A DNA stretch of 64,000 nt from NCBI GenBank assembly GCA_040767195.1, contig JAXGPA010000002.1:160001-224000 (forward strand), in the 5' to 3' direction. Position numbers and translations under genes: made by a program. The notes below the pieces were generated by a model. That model was not told where the DNA came from. It did no database searches and saw nothing but the letters and a program-made list of their open reading frames with translations. Origin of the DNA: Syntrophales bacterium (GTDB taxonomy: Bacteria > Desulfobacterota > Syntrophia > Syntrophales > UBA6807). This document shows, piece by piece, positions 8,733 to 17,750 of the stretch. Every line of letters begins with the position of its first letter. Within the stretch, counting starts at the first letter, position 1.

Positions 8733-10700
8733 TTACACGCGGTTCTTCACGATGTCGTCGACCACCGAGGGATCGGCCAGGGTCGACGTGTCGCCGAGAT
8801 CGCCGATCTCGTTGGCCGCCACTTTCTTGAGAATCCGCCGCATGATCTTGCCGCTTCTCGTCTTGGGAAGGGCGTCGGCCCACTGGATCTTCTCGGGCGT
8901 CGCGATGGGGCCGATTTCCTTGCGCACGTGGGTGACCAGTTCCTTTTTGAGGTCGTCGGACTTCTCCACGCCCGACTTCAGGGTCACGTAGGCGTAAATG
9001 GACTGGCCCTTCAGCTCGTGGGGATAGCCGACGACGGCCGCCTCGGCCACTTTCGCATGGGCCACCAGGGCGCTTTCCACTTCCGCCGTTCCCATGCGGT
9101 GACCGGAAACGTTGATGACGTCGTCGATCCGGCCCGTGATCTGGTAATAGCCGTCCTTGTCCCTTCTCGCGCCGTCACCGGCCACATAGTAACCGGGGAA
9201 CTGCTCGAAGTAGGTCTCCTGGAACCGCTTGGGGTCGCCGTAGACACCCCTCATGATGCCGGGCCAGGGTTTCTTCATGACGAGGGCGCCGGAAGCCACC
9301 GTCTCGGGGATCTCCTTCCCTTCGTCGTTGAGCAGGGCCGGCCACACGCCCATGAAGGGCACCGTCGCCATGCCGGGCTTCACGGGAACCGCGCCGGGCA
9401 GGGGGGTGATGAGGATGCCGCCGGTCTCGGTCTGCCACCACGTGTCCACGATGGGGCACTCGCTCCGGCCGATCCGCGTGTAGTACCAGTTCCAGGCCTC
9501 GGGGTTGATGGGCTCGCCCACGGTGCCGAGAACCTTGAGGGAGGAGATGTCCGCCTTCTTCACCCAGTCGTCCCCTTCCTTCATGATGGCCCGGATGGCC
9601 GTCGGGGCGGTGTAGAAGATGTCGACCTTGTATTTTTCGACGATTTTCCAGAAGCGGCTGATGTCGGGGTAGTTGGGAACGCCTTCGAACATGACCGACG
9701 TGGCGCCGTTGCAGAGAGGACCGTAGACGATGTAGGAGTGGCCGGTGACCCAGCCGATGTCGGCGGTGCACCAGTAGACATCGCCCTCATGGTAATCGAA
9801 GATCATCTTGTGGGTATAGGCGCAGTAGGTGATATACCCGCCGGTGGTGTGCATGACGCCCTTGGGCTTTCCGGTGGAACCGGAGGTGTAGAGCGTGAAC
9901 AGGGGGTCTTCCGAATCCATGTGCTCGGGCTCGCAGGTGTCGGCGGCCTTCGCCATGAGATCGTCCCACCAGAGGTCCCGGCCTTCCTTCCAGGCGCATT
10001 TGACCTTGTCGCCCACGCGCTTCACGACGATCTGCTTTTCCACGGAGGGACACGCGGCCAGCGCGGCGTCGGCGTTGTCCTTCTGGGGAATGGCCTTGGC
10101 ACCCCGGAAGGTGCCGTCGCAGGTCACGAGGACCTTGGAGGTGCTGTCCTGGATCCGGTCCCGGAGGGCGTCGGAGCTGAACCCGCCGAAGACGATGCTG
10201 TGGATGGCGCCGATCCGCGTGCAGGCCAGCATGGAGATGGCGAGCTCGGGAATCATGGGCAGGTACAGGCAGACCCGGTCGCCCTTCTTCACGCCAATGG
10301 ATTTAAGGGCATTGGCAAACTTGCACACCGCCGTGTAAAGTTCCTTGTAAGTGTATGCCTTCTGCTCCGTGGGCTCGTTCCCTTCCCACTGGATGGCCAC
10401 CTGGTCGCCCCGCTTGTCGAGATGGCGGTCCAGGCAGTTGTAAGACACGTTCAGCTTGGCGCCCGTAAAATACTTGACGTAGATGGGGCCCTTTCTCAAA
10501 TCGAAGTTGTAATCCTCAACCTTGTCCCACTTCTTGAACCAGGTCACATACTCGTCGGCGATTTCCGACCAGAATTTCTCCGGCTCTTCCACGGACCGTT
10601 TCCAGAGCGCCTTGTACTGCTCCATACTGTTGATATAGGCTCTCTTCTTCATGAAATCCGGTACGGGATAAACCTCTTTCAGCTGAATTTGCTCTGCCAT
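8733..10700 (-). CDS. acsA: AMP-forming acetyl-CoA synthetase
   Basis: [32 protein letters not shown] and [12 protein letters not shown]. Confidence 0.95.
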   Translation of the reverse strand: MAEQIQLKEVYPVPDFMKKRAYINSMEQYKALWKRSVEEPEKFWSEIADEYVTWFKKWDKVEDYNFDLRKGPIYVKYFTGAKLNVSYNCLDRHLDKRGDQVAIQWEGNEPTEQKAYTYKELYTAVCKFANALKSIGVKKGDRVCLYLPMIPELAISMLACTRIGAIHSIVFGGFSSDALRDRIQDSTSKVLVTCDGTFRGAKAIPQKDNADAALAACPSVEKQIVVKRVGDKVKCAWKEGRDLWWDDLMAKAADTCEPEHMDSEDPLFTLYTSGSTGKPKGVMHTTGGYITYCAYTHKMIFDYHEGDVYWCTADIGWVTGHSYIVYGPLCNGATSVMFEGVPNYPDISRFWKIVEKYKVDIFYTAPTAIRAIMKEGDDWVKKADISSLKVLGTVGEPINPEAWNWYYTRIGRSECPIVDTWWQTETGGILITPLPGAVPVKPGMATVPFMGVWPALLNDEGKEIPETVASGALVMKKPWPGIMRGVYGDPKRFQETYFEQFPGYYVAGDGARRDKDGYYQITGRIDDVINVSGHRMGTAEVESALVAHAKVAEAAVVGYPHELKGQSIYAYVTLKSGVEKSDDLKKELVTHVRKEIGPIATPEKIQWADALPKTRSGKIMRRILKKVAANEIGDLGDTSTLADPSVVDDIVKNRV

Positions 10701-10937
10701 TGTTTTCTAACACCTCCGTTTTTGCTTTATCCATACTTCTGGCAGGAAGCCGGCGGGATCGCCCCTTCCTTATAATATACAAAAAGAGAAGCCTTCCGGG
10801 ATCCCTCCTGAACGGCCGCTTTCACACCGTCGGCGGGAACCCGCGGCACATCGCGACATCACGGCAACACCGCAACGCTTTGAAACAGGACGTGACTGAA
10901 AGATCCAGGATGAAAGGATGTTTTTAAAATTCGAGGG

Positions 10938-10966
10938 AGTATAAATTGTGATCCCCGTGATGTCAA
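10938..10966 (-). promoter_or_regulatory. Sigma70-type promoter for the acs-etfBA operon
   Basis: TTGACA-17 nt-TATACT on the minus strand. Confidence 0.65.
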
Positions 10967-10999
10967 GGGAAAATTTGCCTCGTAACGGTCAAAAAAATC

Positions 11000-11028
11000 T
11001 TGACAATCCCATTCGCCGGTGTTAGCGT
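11000..11028 (+). promoter_or_regulatory. Sigma70-type promoter for the porin gene
   Basis: TTGACA-17 nt-TAGCGT, back-to-back with the acs promoter. Confidence 0.5.
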
Positions 11029-11071
11029 TTTCGCACATGCCACAGGGGGAGGTATATCCCCGAACTGTCCA

Positions 11072-11091
11072 AGAAGGGGGGTGATCCAGCC
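11072..11091 (+). promoter_or_regulatory. Extended 16S rRNA 3'-end complement in the 5' leader (STAB-SD-like)
   Basis: AGAAGGGGGGTGATCCAGCC compared with AGAAAGGAGGTGATCCAGCC, the reverse complement of a typical 16S 3' end. The two differences are A>G and allow G-U pairs. Confidence 0.55.
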
Positions 11092-11214
11092 AGGAGAGAG
11101 GATTCCCGCGATATCAGCGGGGAAAAACCTGACATTTCGAATTTGCGAGGAGCAAGCCCAATCCGAAGGATTGGCAAAAAAGGTTTAAGCTGAAAACTGA
11201 GGAGGAAGAATATC

Positions 11215-12528
11215 ATGAAAAAACTGCTTGCAGTATTGCTCGCCCTTGGGCTCATCGTGGCCTTCGCCTCGTCGGCCTCGGCGGCGGACGTCAAGCTGAG
11301 CGGCTACTATTTCATCGTGGGTGAGTATGTCAACAGCAACTCCCTGGGGCAGAACGCGGAAGGCGATGCGGGCCCCCACGATGCCCTTTACTGGCAGAAA
11401 CTGCGGTTCAACCCGGTCATGCAGATCGCCGACGGCCTGAAGGTCACCTTCCGGATCGACGCCCACACCGGTTACTGGGGTGACACGGTTGACGGCAGCG
11501 GCCGGGTCGGCAAGCTTCCCGGTTACGGCCAGGACAACCGGAACATCCGCTGGCGGAGAACTTACATCGACGCGAATCTCGGATACGGTCTGTCCATCCG
11601 TGCCGGCGTCACCCAGGGCGGGACTTTCGGAACGATCTGGTGCGACCGCGCCTATGACGAAGGCCGTATTTACCTCTTCGCCAAGGCGGGCCCCGGCTCC
11701 ATCGTCGCCCTGACGGCGAAGGCCGCTGAAAGAGACGCCTACACGACGAACGTGGACGCCGACTACGACAAGTACGCCCTGGGCTACCTGGGCAAGGTCG
11801 AAAACATCGAGTTCGGCGCCCTGTGGTACTGGCTCCGCCACGAGGCGGTCCGGGACACCTCCACCGCCGATTACCATGTCCCCATGGCCTACATGAAGGG
11901 CACCTTCGGGCCCCTTTACGTGGAGGCGGAGTGGAACTACATGTTCGGCAAGGACGTGGAATACTTCGATCCCTACACGGGAACGGACATCGACCGGGGC
12001 GGCATGAGCGCCTACGTCAAAGCGCAGTTCAACATGGGCCCCGCCTATGTGGGCGGTCAGTTCGGCTGGCTCCAGGGTAACGACCCCGACACGACGGACA
12101 AGAACGAAGCCGGGTATCCCGGGAACGTCGATTACGATCCCTGCCTCATCCTCTGGAACTCCGACTACGCGGACAGCATCAGCGGTTATGTGGCTGACGG
12201 TCAAGGTATGGGCACGTACGGCAAAACGGACGGCAACATCTCCAACGCCTGGATCGCCCAGGTCTTCGGCGGGTTCAGCCCCATGGAGAAACTGGAACTC
12301 TTCGCCAGCGCCACCTGGGCCAAGGCTGACGAGAAGCCCCTGAACTACGTGGACGACGACTACGGATACGAGTTCGACGTCACGGCCACCTACAAGATCT
12401 ATGACAACCTCGAGTACATGGTGGGCTTCGGCTACTTCGTCGCCGGAGACTATTACAAGGGAACGAACGCCAGCGCCGACGTGGAGAACAACTACCTCGT
12501 CATCAACAAGCTGACCCTGAACTTCTAA
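11215..12528 (+). CDS. Outer-membrane beta-barrel porin (probably abundant)
   Basis: Signal peptide ending ASA-ADV, Tyr/Gly/Asp-rich amphipathic strands, C-terminal NKLTLNF, strong GAGGAGG SD and strongly C/G-ending codons. Confidence 0.8.
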   Translation: MKKLLAVLLALGLIVAFASSASAADVKLSGYYFIVGEYVNSNSLGQNAEGDAGPHDALYWQKLRFNPVMQIADGLKVTFRIDAHTGYWGDTVDGSGRVGKLPGYGQDNRNIRWRRTYIDANLGYGLSIRAGVTQGGTFGTIWCDRAYDEGRIYLFAKAGPGSIVALTAKAAERDAYTTNVDADYDKYALGYLGKVENIEFGALWYWLRHEAVRDTSTADYHVPMAYMKGTFGPLYVEAEWNYMFGKDVEYFDPYTGTDIDRGGMSAYVKAQFNMGPAYVGGQFGWLQGNDPDTTDKNEAGYPGNVDYDPCLILWNSDYADSISGYVADGQGMGTYGKTDGNISNAWIAQVFGGFSPMEKLELFASATWAKADEKPLNYVDDDYGYEFDVTATYKIYDNLEYMVGFGYFVAGDYYKGTNASADVENNYLVINKLTLNF

Positions 12529-12545
12529 TCGGGCGCAAGCAAGGG

Positions 12546-12580
12546 AAAAACCCCGGGAAGATCTTCCCGGGGTTTTTTTT
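12546..12580 (+). terminator. Intrinsic terminator of the porin gene
   Basis: CCCCGGGAAG-AT-CTTCCCGGGG followed by T8. Confidence 0.85.
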
Positions 12581-12793
12581 GACTTTTTTCTCCGTCCTCT
12601 TCTTTCCCTCTTCCCTTTCTCCAAAGGCAGGCGGGTGATGCCCCCGAACCTGAGCGGTGTCACGTCAAGACAAACCGGTGACGCGGGGGAACCCCATTCG
12701 ATTAAAAGAAATTTCAATAAAGGAAGGACCCCGTCCGGAGAAATTCGGAGGGGGTCCTTCCTTAAAATTTTTGACTCATCTGTAATGAAAAAG

Positions 12794-12832
12794 AAAGCCG
12801 CCTGAAAAACGGATCTTTTTTCAGGCGGCTTT
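12794..12832 (-). terminator. Probable terminator of the 12891-13385 gene
   Basis: AAAGCCGCCTGAAAAA...TTTTTCAGGCGGCTTT stem, T-rich downstream on the minus strand. Confidence 0.6.
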
Positions 12833-12890
12833 AAAACAAGAGCTTTCGTCCGTCACCTTTCCGCTCAACCTGAGCGGGTTCTCAGCAGCC

Positions 12891-13385
12891 TCACCCGCCG
12901 CTGCTGCCGCCGGGGCCGCCTCCCGTGCCGCCGCCGGCCCCTGAAGGCGGGTATATCTCGACCTCGTTGTCTCCTTTCACCCTGACAACGGTGGCGCCCA
13001 CGTCGGAATACCAGTAGCCGATGAGGGCGCCGTCAGGCCCGACAATTTCCATGCCGTAGGGAAAATTGCTCATCTCGGTCACGTTGCTCCGGACGCCCCG
13101 GACGTATCGCTCCAGACCCTCCCCTTCCAGGTTCACTTCCCGCCACAGGTCGGACTGAACCGCGTATCCCTTCTTCACCCCGATGATCCCCCGGGGCATT
13201 TCCTCCGGTCCCGAAATGTAGTACCGGTAACCGTCGAGAACCTGGAAGGCCTCGAACATCTTCGTCACCTCCCGGTTCGGTGACAGGTTCCCGTAACTGC
13301 TCAGGAACGCCCCGAGCGGACCGGCGGCCAGGCAACAAAGGGTAAAAGCCAGAAACGCCGTAATCTTGATCGATGGGCTGCCCAT
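12891..13385 (-). CDS. Hypothetical exported protein with Gly-rich C-terminal tail
   Basis: AGGAGG SD, hydrophobic N-terminus, plausible composition. No recognised family. Confidence 0.7.
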   Translation of the reverse strand: MGSPSIKITAFLAFTLCCLAAGPLGAFLSSYGNLSPNREVTKMFEAFQVLDGYRYYISGPEEMPRGIIGVKKGYAVQSDLWREVNLEGEGLERYVRGVRSNVTEMSNFPYGMEIVGPDGALIGYWYSDVGATVVRVKGDNEVEIYPPSGAGGGTGGGPGGSSGG

Positions 13386-13624
13386 GTTTCCTCCTGTTCA
13401 CGGAAAAGCCGATTTTCACGGGGAGCGCGGGCCCGGGCCTGCTCGCATCCCGAGTCCGCCCCGCCACGCCGCTTCAGGAACAAAGACAAAGTCTTCATTC
13501 GTTTTTGTTATCTATTCATTTTCCTTCTTCCTGTCAAGACGGTCCGGTCCGCCGCCATTTTCTTGACGGTGGAGCGACTTCATGTTAGTAAGAAGAAAAG
13601 ATACGATTTTCAGGGAGGTTGTCC

Positions 13625-13828
13625 ATGCCCCTTTATGACTACGAGTGTGAGGCCTGCGGCCAGGTCTTCGAGGTGTTCCACAAGATCGACGCTCCCCCGG
13701 CGGACCTTGCCTGCCCCCAGTGTGACGGGAAAAAAGTCAAAAAAATAGTCGCCCCCTTCCGCACCCAGTTCTGGTCCAATTTTCTCGACTCCATGGAAAA
13801 AAAGATCAGCCCTCACAAGTTCAAGTAA
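13625..13828 (+). CDS. FmdB-family zinc-ribbon protein
   Basis: MPLYDYECEACG...CPQCDG with a GGAGG SD. Confidence 0.85.
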   Translation: MPLYDYECEACGQVFEVFHKIDAPPADLACPQCDGKKVKKIVAPFRTQFWSNFLDSMEKKISPHKFK

Positions 13829-13849
13829 CCCCGAGGAGGACCGGCTAAC

Positions 13850-15553
13850 ATCCACAAGCTCTACGGATACCTGACGGGCCTCAAGCCCGACGAGATCAGG
13901 AAGGTAGAAGGCCTCTACCGGAGAAAACTCCCGCCCGACAGCATCCTCACACACGAACTCGCCCGGAACCTGACCGAGCTGTCCCGGACCCTGGGCCGGC
14001 AGATCGGCATTCTCGTCAGCCGGCGGGGGGAGGTCCACTACGTTATCGTGGGGAACCAGAAGGAAATCCTGATCCCCGACCTCTCCGGCTTCCGGTCCGG
14101 GACGAGCCGCCTCAAGGGACTTCGCCTTATCCACACCCACCTGAACGGGGAACCGCTGTCCCGGGACGACCTCGTCGACCTGGCCCTGCTGCGCCTCGAT
14201 TTCATTGCCGCCGTTTCTGTGGAGAAAAACGGCCTCCCTGGAAAAGTCCACGGGGCCCACCTGATTCCGGAAAACCCCGACGGCCGTTACTGGATGGTCC
14301 TCGAACCCGTTTTCCCGTCCGAGATGGCCTTCGACTTCCTTCCCTTCATCCAGGCCCTGGAAGAGGAACTCGCCCGGAAACAGCGGGCCCGGGAAATCCG
14401 TTTCACCGACCGGGCCCTTCTTGTCCGGGTGGAAAGGGACCCGTCGGCGGACAGCGAGGGCGCCATCGCGGAACTGGGGGAACTCGCCCGATCCTGCAAC
14501 GTGGAGGTTCTCGACGCCGTGATCCAGCACCGGCCCCAGGTAGACCCCAAGTTCATCCTCGGAAAGGGAAAGCTGTCAGAAATGCTGATCCGGGCGCTCC
14601 AGAAGGGGGCGAACCTCCTCATCTTCGACCACGAGCTGAGTCCCTCCCAGGCCCGGTCCATCGGCGAGGTCACCGACCTCAAGGTCATCGACCGCACCCA
14701 GCTCATTCTGGACATCTTCGCCCAGCGGGCCCACAGCCGGGAAGGTAAAATCCAGGTGGAGCTGGCCCAGCTCAAGTACCGCCTCCCGAGGCTCGTCCAC
14801 CAGACCACCGCCCTCTCCCGGCTTGCCGGCGGCATCGGCGGCCGGGGACCAGGGGAGATGAAACTCGAAATCGACCGGCGCCGGGTCCGGGACCGGATCG
14901 TTCACCTGGAAAAGGAGTTGAAATCCATTCGGAAGGCCCGCCAGGAAAGGCGCCGGACGAGAAAGAAACGGGGGGTTCCCGTCATTTCCATCATCGGCTA
15001 CACCAACGCGGGAAAGTCCACCCTGCTGAACGGGCTGACGAAAAGCGCCGTCGCCGCGGAAAACCGGCTTTTCGCCACCCTGGACCCCAAGAGCTCCCGC
15101 CTCCGGTTCCCCCGGGAGCGGGAAGCGGTCATCACCGACACGGTGGGGTTCATCCGGGACCTTCCGGAAGACCTTTTCGCCGCCTTCCGGGCCACCCTGG
15201 AGGAACTGGAAGAAGCGGACGTGCTTCTCCACGTGGTCGACGTCTCCAACCCCCGGTTCGAACGGCAGATGGAAGCGGTGGACCGGATCGTCGAAGACCT
15301 GAACCTCCAGCGGAAAGCGGAAATCCGGGTCTTCAACAAGACAGACCTCTTCCCCGACAACATCGTTCTCGAAAACCTCTGTCACCGGTTCCAGGCCATC
15401 CCGGTCTCGGCCCTGCACCCGGCATCCTTCGGCCCCCTCCTGGAGCGGCTCGAGAAGGTCATCCAGGAAAAAACAGGGTCTTTTTTCCTGGACGGGACTC
15501 CAGGGGAAAATGAGGACCCCTTTCCGGAGGAACAGGGTACCGGATCGGCCTGA
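13850..15553 (+). CDS. hflX: GTPase HflX (long N-terminal type), probable non-canonical ATC start
   Basis: GYTNAGKST, LFATLDP, DTVGFI, AFRATLEE and NKTD. The frame is open upstream of the GTG at 14048 and gives IHKLYGYLTGLKPDEIRKVEGLYRR..., the N-terminus typical of long HflX. GAGGAGG at 13833-13839 precedes ATC at 13850. Confidence 0.9.
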   Translation: MHKLYGYLTGLKPDEIRKVEGLYRRKLPPDSILTHELARNLTELSRTLGRQIGILVSRRGEVHYVIVGNQKEILIPDLSGFRSGTSRLKGLRLIHTHLNGEPLSRDDLVDLALLRLDFIAAVSVEKNGLPGKVHGAHLIPENPDGRYWMVLEPVFPSEMAFDFLPFIQALEEELARKQRAREIRFTDRALLVRVERDPSADSEGAIAELGELARSCNVEVLDAVIQHRPQVDPKFILGKGKLSEMLIRALQKGANLLIFDHELSPSQARSIGEVTDLKVIDRTQLILDIFAQRAHSREGKIQVELAQLKYRLPRLVHQTTALSRLAGGIGGRGPGEMKLEIDRRRVRDRIVHLEKELKSIRKARQERRRTRKKRGVPVISIIGYTNAGKSTLLNGLTKSAVAAENRLFATLDPKSSRLRFPREREAVITDTVGFIRDLPEDLFAAFRATLEELEEADVLLHVVDVSNPRFERQMEAVDRIVEDLNLQRKAEIRVFNKTDLFPDNIVLENLCHRFQAIPVSALHPASFGPLLERLEKVIQEKTGSFFLDGTPGENEDPFPEEQGTGSA

Positions 15554-15559
15554 GCGGGA

Positions 15560-16351
15560 TCACATGACGCCCTTGTACCAACCGCCGTCGATCTGTATGG
15601 CGGCACCGGTGATGTAACCCGCCTGTTCCGAGGCCAGAAAGGTCACCAGGGCCGCGAAGTCCTCTGGGGTGCCGAGGCGCTTCATGGGAATGGCCTCCTC
15701 CCATTTTCCGATCACCGCCTCGGGCGTCGTGTTTTCCCGTTCCGCGATCGTTTTCGCCAGGTTCCGCACCCGGTCCGTCAGCGTGTACCCCGGGCAGACG
15801 CTGTTCACAGTGACGTTGAAGGGGGCGAGCTCATTGGAAAGGGTCTTGGCAAAGCCGATCACCCCGGACCGGATCGTGTTGGAGAGCATAAGCCCGTCGA
15901 TGGGCTGCTTCACCGATATGGAGGTCATGTTGATGATCCGGCCCCATTTCTTTTCCTTCATCACGGGAACGGCTTCCCGGGTCATGACGATGGTGCTCAG
16001 GAGATTGAGGCGGAAGCCGTATTCCCAGAGCTTGTCGTCGATGTCGAGAAACCCCACGGAAGGCGGCCCCCCCGCGTTGTTGACGAGGATGTCCACGGTC
16101 CCGAAGTGTTCCAGGGCTTTCCTCACAAACCCTTTTGCCTGCCCGGGGTCGGAAACGTCCGCCGGGACGGCGATCGCCTCGGCGCCCGTCTTCTCGCGGA
16201 CTTCCTCGGCTGCCGCGGCGAGATAGGCGTCGTCGAGGGACCCGATGGCGACCCGCGCCCCCTCACGGCCCATCTCCAGGGCCACCGCTTTCCCCAGCCC
16301 CATGCTCCCCCCCGACACGAGGACCACTTTTCCTTTGAGACCTAAATCCAT
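15560..16351 (-). CDS. Short-chain dehydrogenase/reductase (FabG-like SDR)
   Basis: SGGSMGLG, LVNNAGGP, atypical SNxxR active-site motif, VCPGYTLT and IDGG. Confidence 0.88.
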   Translation of the reverse strand: MDLGLKGKVVLVSGGSMGLGKAVALEMGREGARVAIGSLDDAYLAAAAEEVREKTGAEAIAVPADVSDPGQAKGFVRKALEHFGTVDILVNNAGGPPSVGFLDIDDKLWEYGFRLNLLSTIVMTREAVPVMKEKKWGRIINMTSISVKQPIDGLMLSNTIRSGVIGFAKTLSNELAPFNVTVNSVCPGYTLTDRVRNLAKTIAERENTTPEAVIGKWEEAIPMKRLGTPEDFAALVTFLASEQAGYITGAAIQIDGGWYKGVM

Positions 16352-16549
16352 GCGTACCTCCCAGAATATCCCTGTTTTATGGGTTCTCCCAAACCATCGA
16401 AGGGCGGTCCCGGAAAGGTCCGACCTCCGGAAACTGAAAGCCGCCCCGCCCGCGAACGCCCGGCGGGGGCGAACCCGCTGCGCGGCGAAACAGGATATCA
16501 GCTGTAACAGATCTTTGGGGACCCGTCAATGACCGGCCCGTTTTTTCAA

Positions 16550-16578
16550 TTGACAGCTCCCCCATTTTTCAGTATAGT
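16550..16578 (+). promoter_or_regulatory. Sigma70 promoter of the 2-oxoacid:ferredoxin oxidoreductase operon
   Basis: TTGACA-17 nt-TATAGT. Confidence 0.7.
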
Positions 16579-16638
16579 TTGCTCGGTTTTTGTTCCCACC
16601 CCCGCCTGATGGGGATTTTATTGAGGAATACGGATAAT

Positions 16639-16743
16639 ATGGCAGCCATGAGAGGAACCTTCACCCATCGACGTCCCGGTCTCCTGTTGTGCCTCGCTCT
16701 TATTTTGGACATACCTCCGTGGCCCGCCATAGACCCTTGTTGA
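16639..16743 (+). CDS. Leu-rich attenuator leader peptide (MAAMRGTFTHRRPGLLLCLALILDIPPWPAIDPC)
   Basis: 34 codons with GAGGA upstream. Six Leu plus one Ile in nine consecutive codons (16681-16707). The stop lies 19 nt before a terminator. Confidence 0.7.
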   Translation: MAAMRGTFTHRRPGLLLCLALILDIPPWPAIDPC

Positions 16744-16762
16744 AAAAAGGAATAGCGGTGAT

Positions 16763-16798
16763 AAAGGCCATGGCTCAAACCATGGCCTTTTTGTTTTT
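16763..16798 (+). terminator. Attenuator terminator within the operon leader
   Basis: AAAGGCCATGG-CTCAAA-CCATGGCCTTT-TTGTTTTT, located between the promoter and the first gene. Its 5' arm can alternatively pair with CCGTGGCC at 16717-16724. Confidence 0.75.
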
Positions 16799-16870
16799 CC
16801 AGGACGGAAAAAAAGGGCAGCGAAACTTCCGGGCCTTTACGGGTCCGGCAATTTGAATCGGGAGAGAAAC

Positions 16871-17473
16871 ATGAAAGAAATCCTGTGGCATGGAAGGGGC
16901 GGCCAGGGCGTTGTCCTTGCGGCGCAGATTCTCGCGGAGGCCGCCTATATCCAGGGGTACGGGGGTGTCATGTCGGCCCCGACCTTCGGCCCGGAGAGAC
17001 GGGGGGCGCCCGTCGTCGCTTCCACGCGGATCTCCCGGGAGGCCATCCGCACGGTCGCCCAGATCGAGAAGGGGGACGTCGCCGTGGTTCTCGACGCCTC
17101 TCTCCTCGGAATCGTGGACATTCTCGGGCGCCTGAAAGAGGGGGGCGCCCTCATCGTCAACACGCCCCTGCCCCCGGAGGCTCTCGGGATCGACGGGTCC
17201 TACGACGTGGCCACCGTCAACGCGACGGACATAGCCGTTTCGAACCGCCTCATCCTGGGGGGCCTGCCCGTGGTGAACACGCCCATGCTGGGGGCTTTCA
17301 GCCGGGTCACGGGCCTCGTCACCCTGGAAAACATCGAAAAGGGTCTCAAGCGGAAAATGCCCGCCGACGCCGCCCGGACCAACTTCGCCGTCGTTCAGTC
17401 CGCCTGCGAACAAACCGTCATCCAGCCAAAGGAAGAGAAAACCCATGGAACAGAAGAGCCTGAAGAAAGATAG
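16871..17473 (+). CDS. 2-oxoacid:ferredoxin oxidoreductase gamma subunit (PorC/VorC family)
   Basis: WHGRGGQGVV, FGPERRGAPV and VNTPMLGA. ATG at 16871 after GGAGAG. Confidence 0.9.
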   Translation: MKEILWHGRGGQGVVLAAQILAEAAYIQGYGGVMSAPTFGPERRGAPVVASTRISREAIRTVAQIEKGDVAVVLDASLLGIVDILGRLKEGGALIVNTPLPPEALGIDGSYDVATVNATDIAVSNRLILGGLPVVNTPMLGAFSRVTGLVTLENIEKGLKRKMPADAARTNFAVVQSACEQTVIQPKEEKTHGTEEPEER

Positions 17474-17750
17474 GAACGTTTCCGCCCTCTGCGTGCCCGC
17501 AAAGGGAGAGGCGGGGCGGACCGGCGACTGGCGGGACCTCAAGCCCGTCATCGATCACACGAAATGCATCCCCTCGGTCAAGAACAGGCCCGCCTGCTAC
17601 CTGTGCTGGCTCTACTGCCCCGAGGGCGTCGTCAAAATGACCATTCCCGTCGAAATCGACATGGATTACTGCAAGGGCTGCGGCATCTGCGCCGAGGAGT
17701 GTCCGCCCAACGCGATCCGGATGGTCAGGGAGGGGGAAAGCGATGGCTGA
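17445..17750 (+). CDS. 2-oxoacid:ferredoxin oxidoreductase delta (ferredoxin) subunit
   Basis: TGDWR...CYLCWLYCPEG...YCKGCGICAEECP. Confidence 0.9.
   Translation: MEQKSLKKDRNVSALCVPAKGEAGRTGDWRDLKPVIDHTKCIPSVKNRPACYLCWLYCPEGVVKMTIPVEIDMDYCKGCGICAEECPPNAIRMVREGESDG

Noticed and set aside
13625..15553. The zinc-ribbon gene and hflX are in the same frame, separated by one TAA (possible read-through fusion)
   Set aside because: TAA is not a usual recoding codon, and a strong SD lies right after it. Independent initiation at ATC is simpler.
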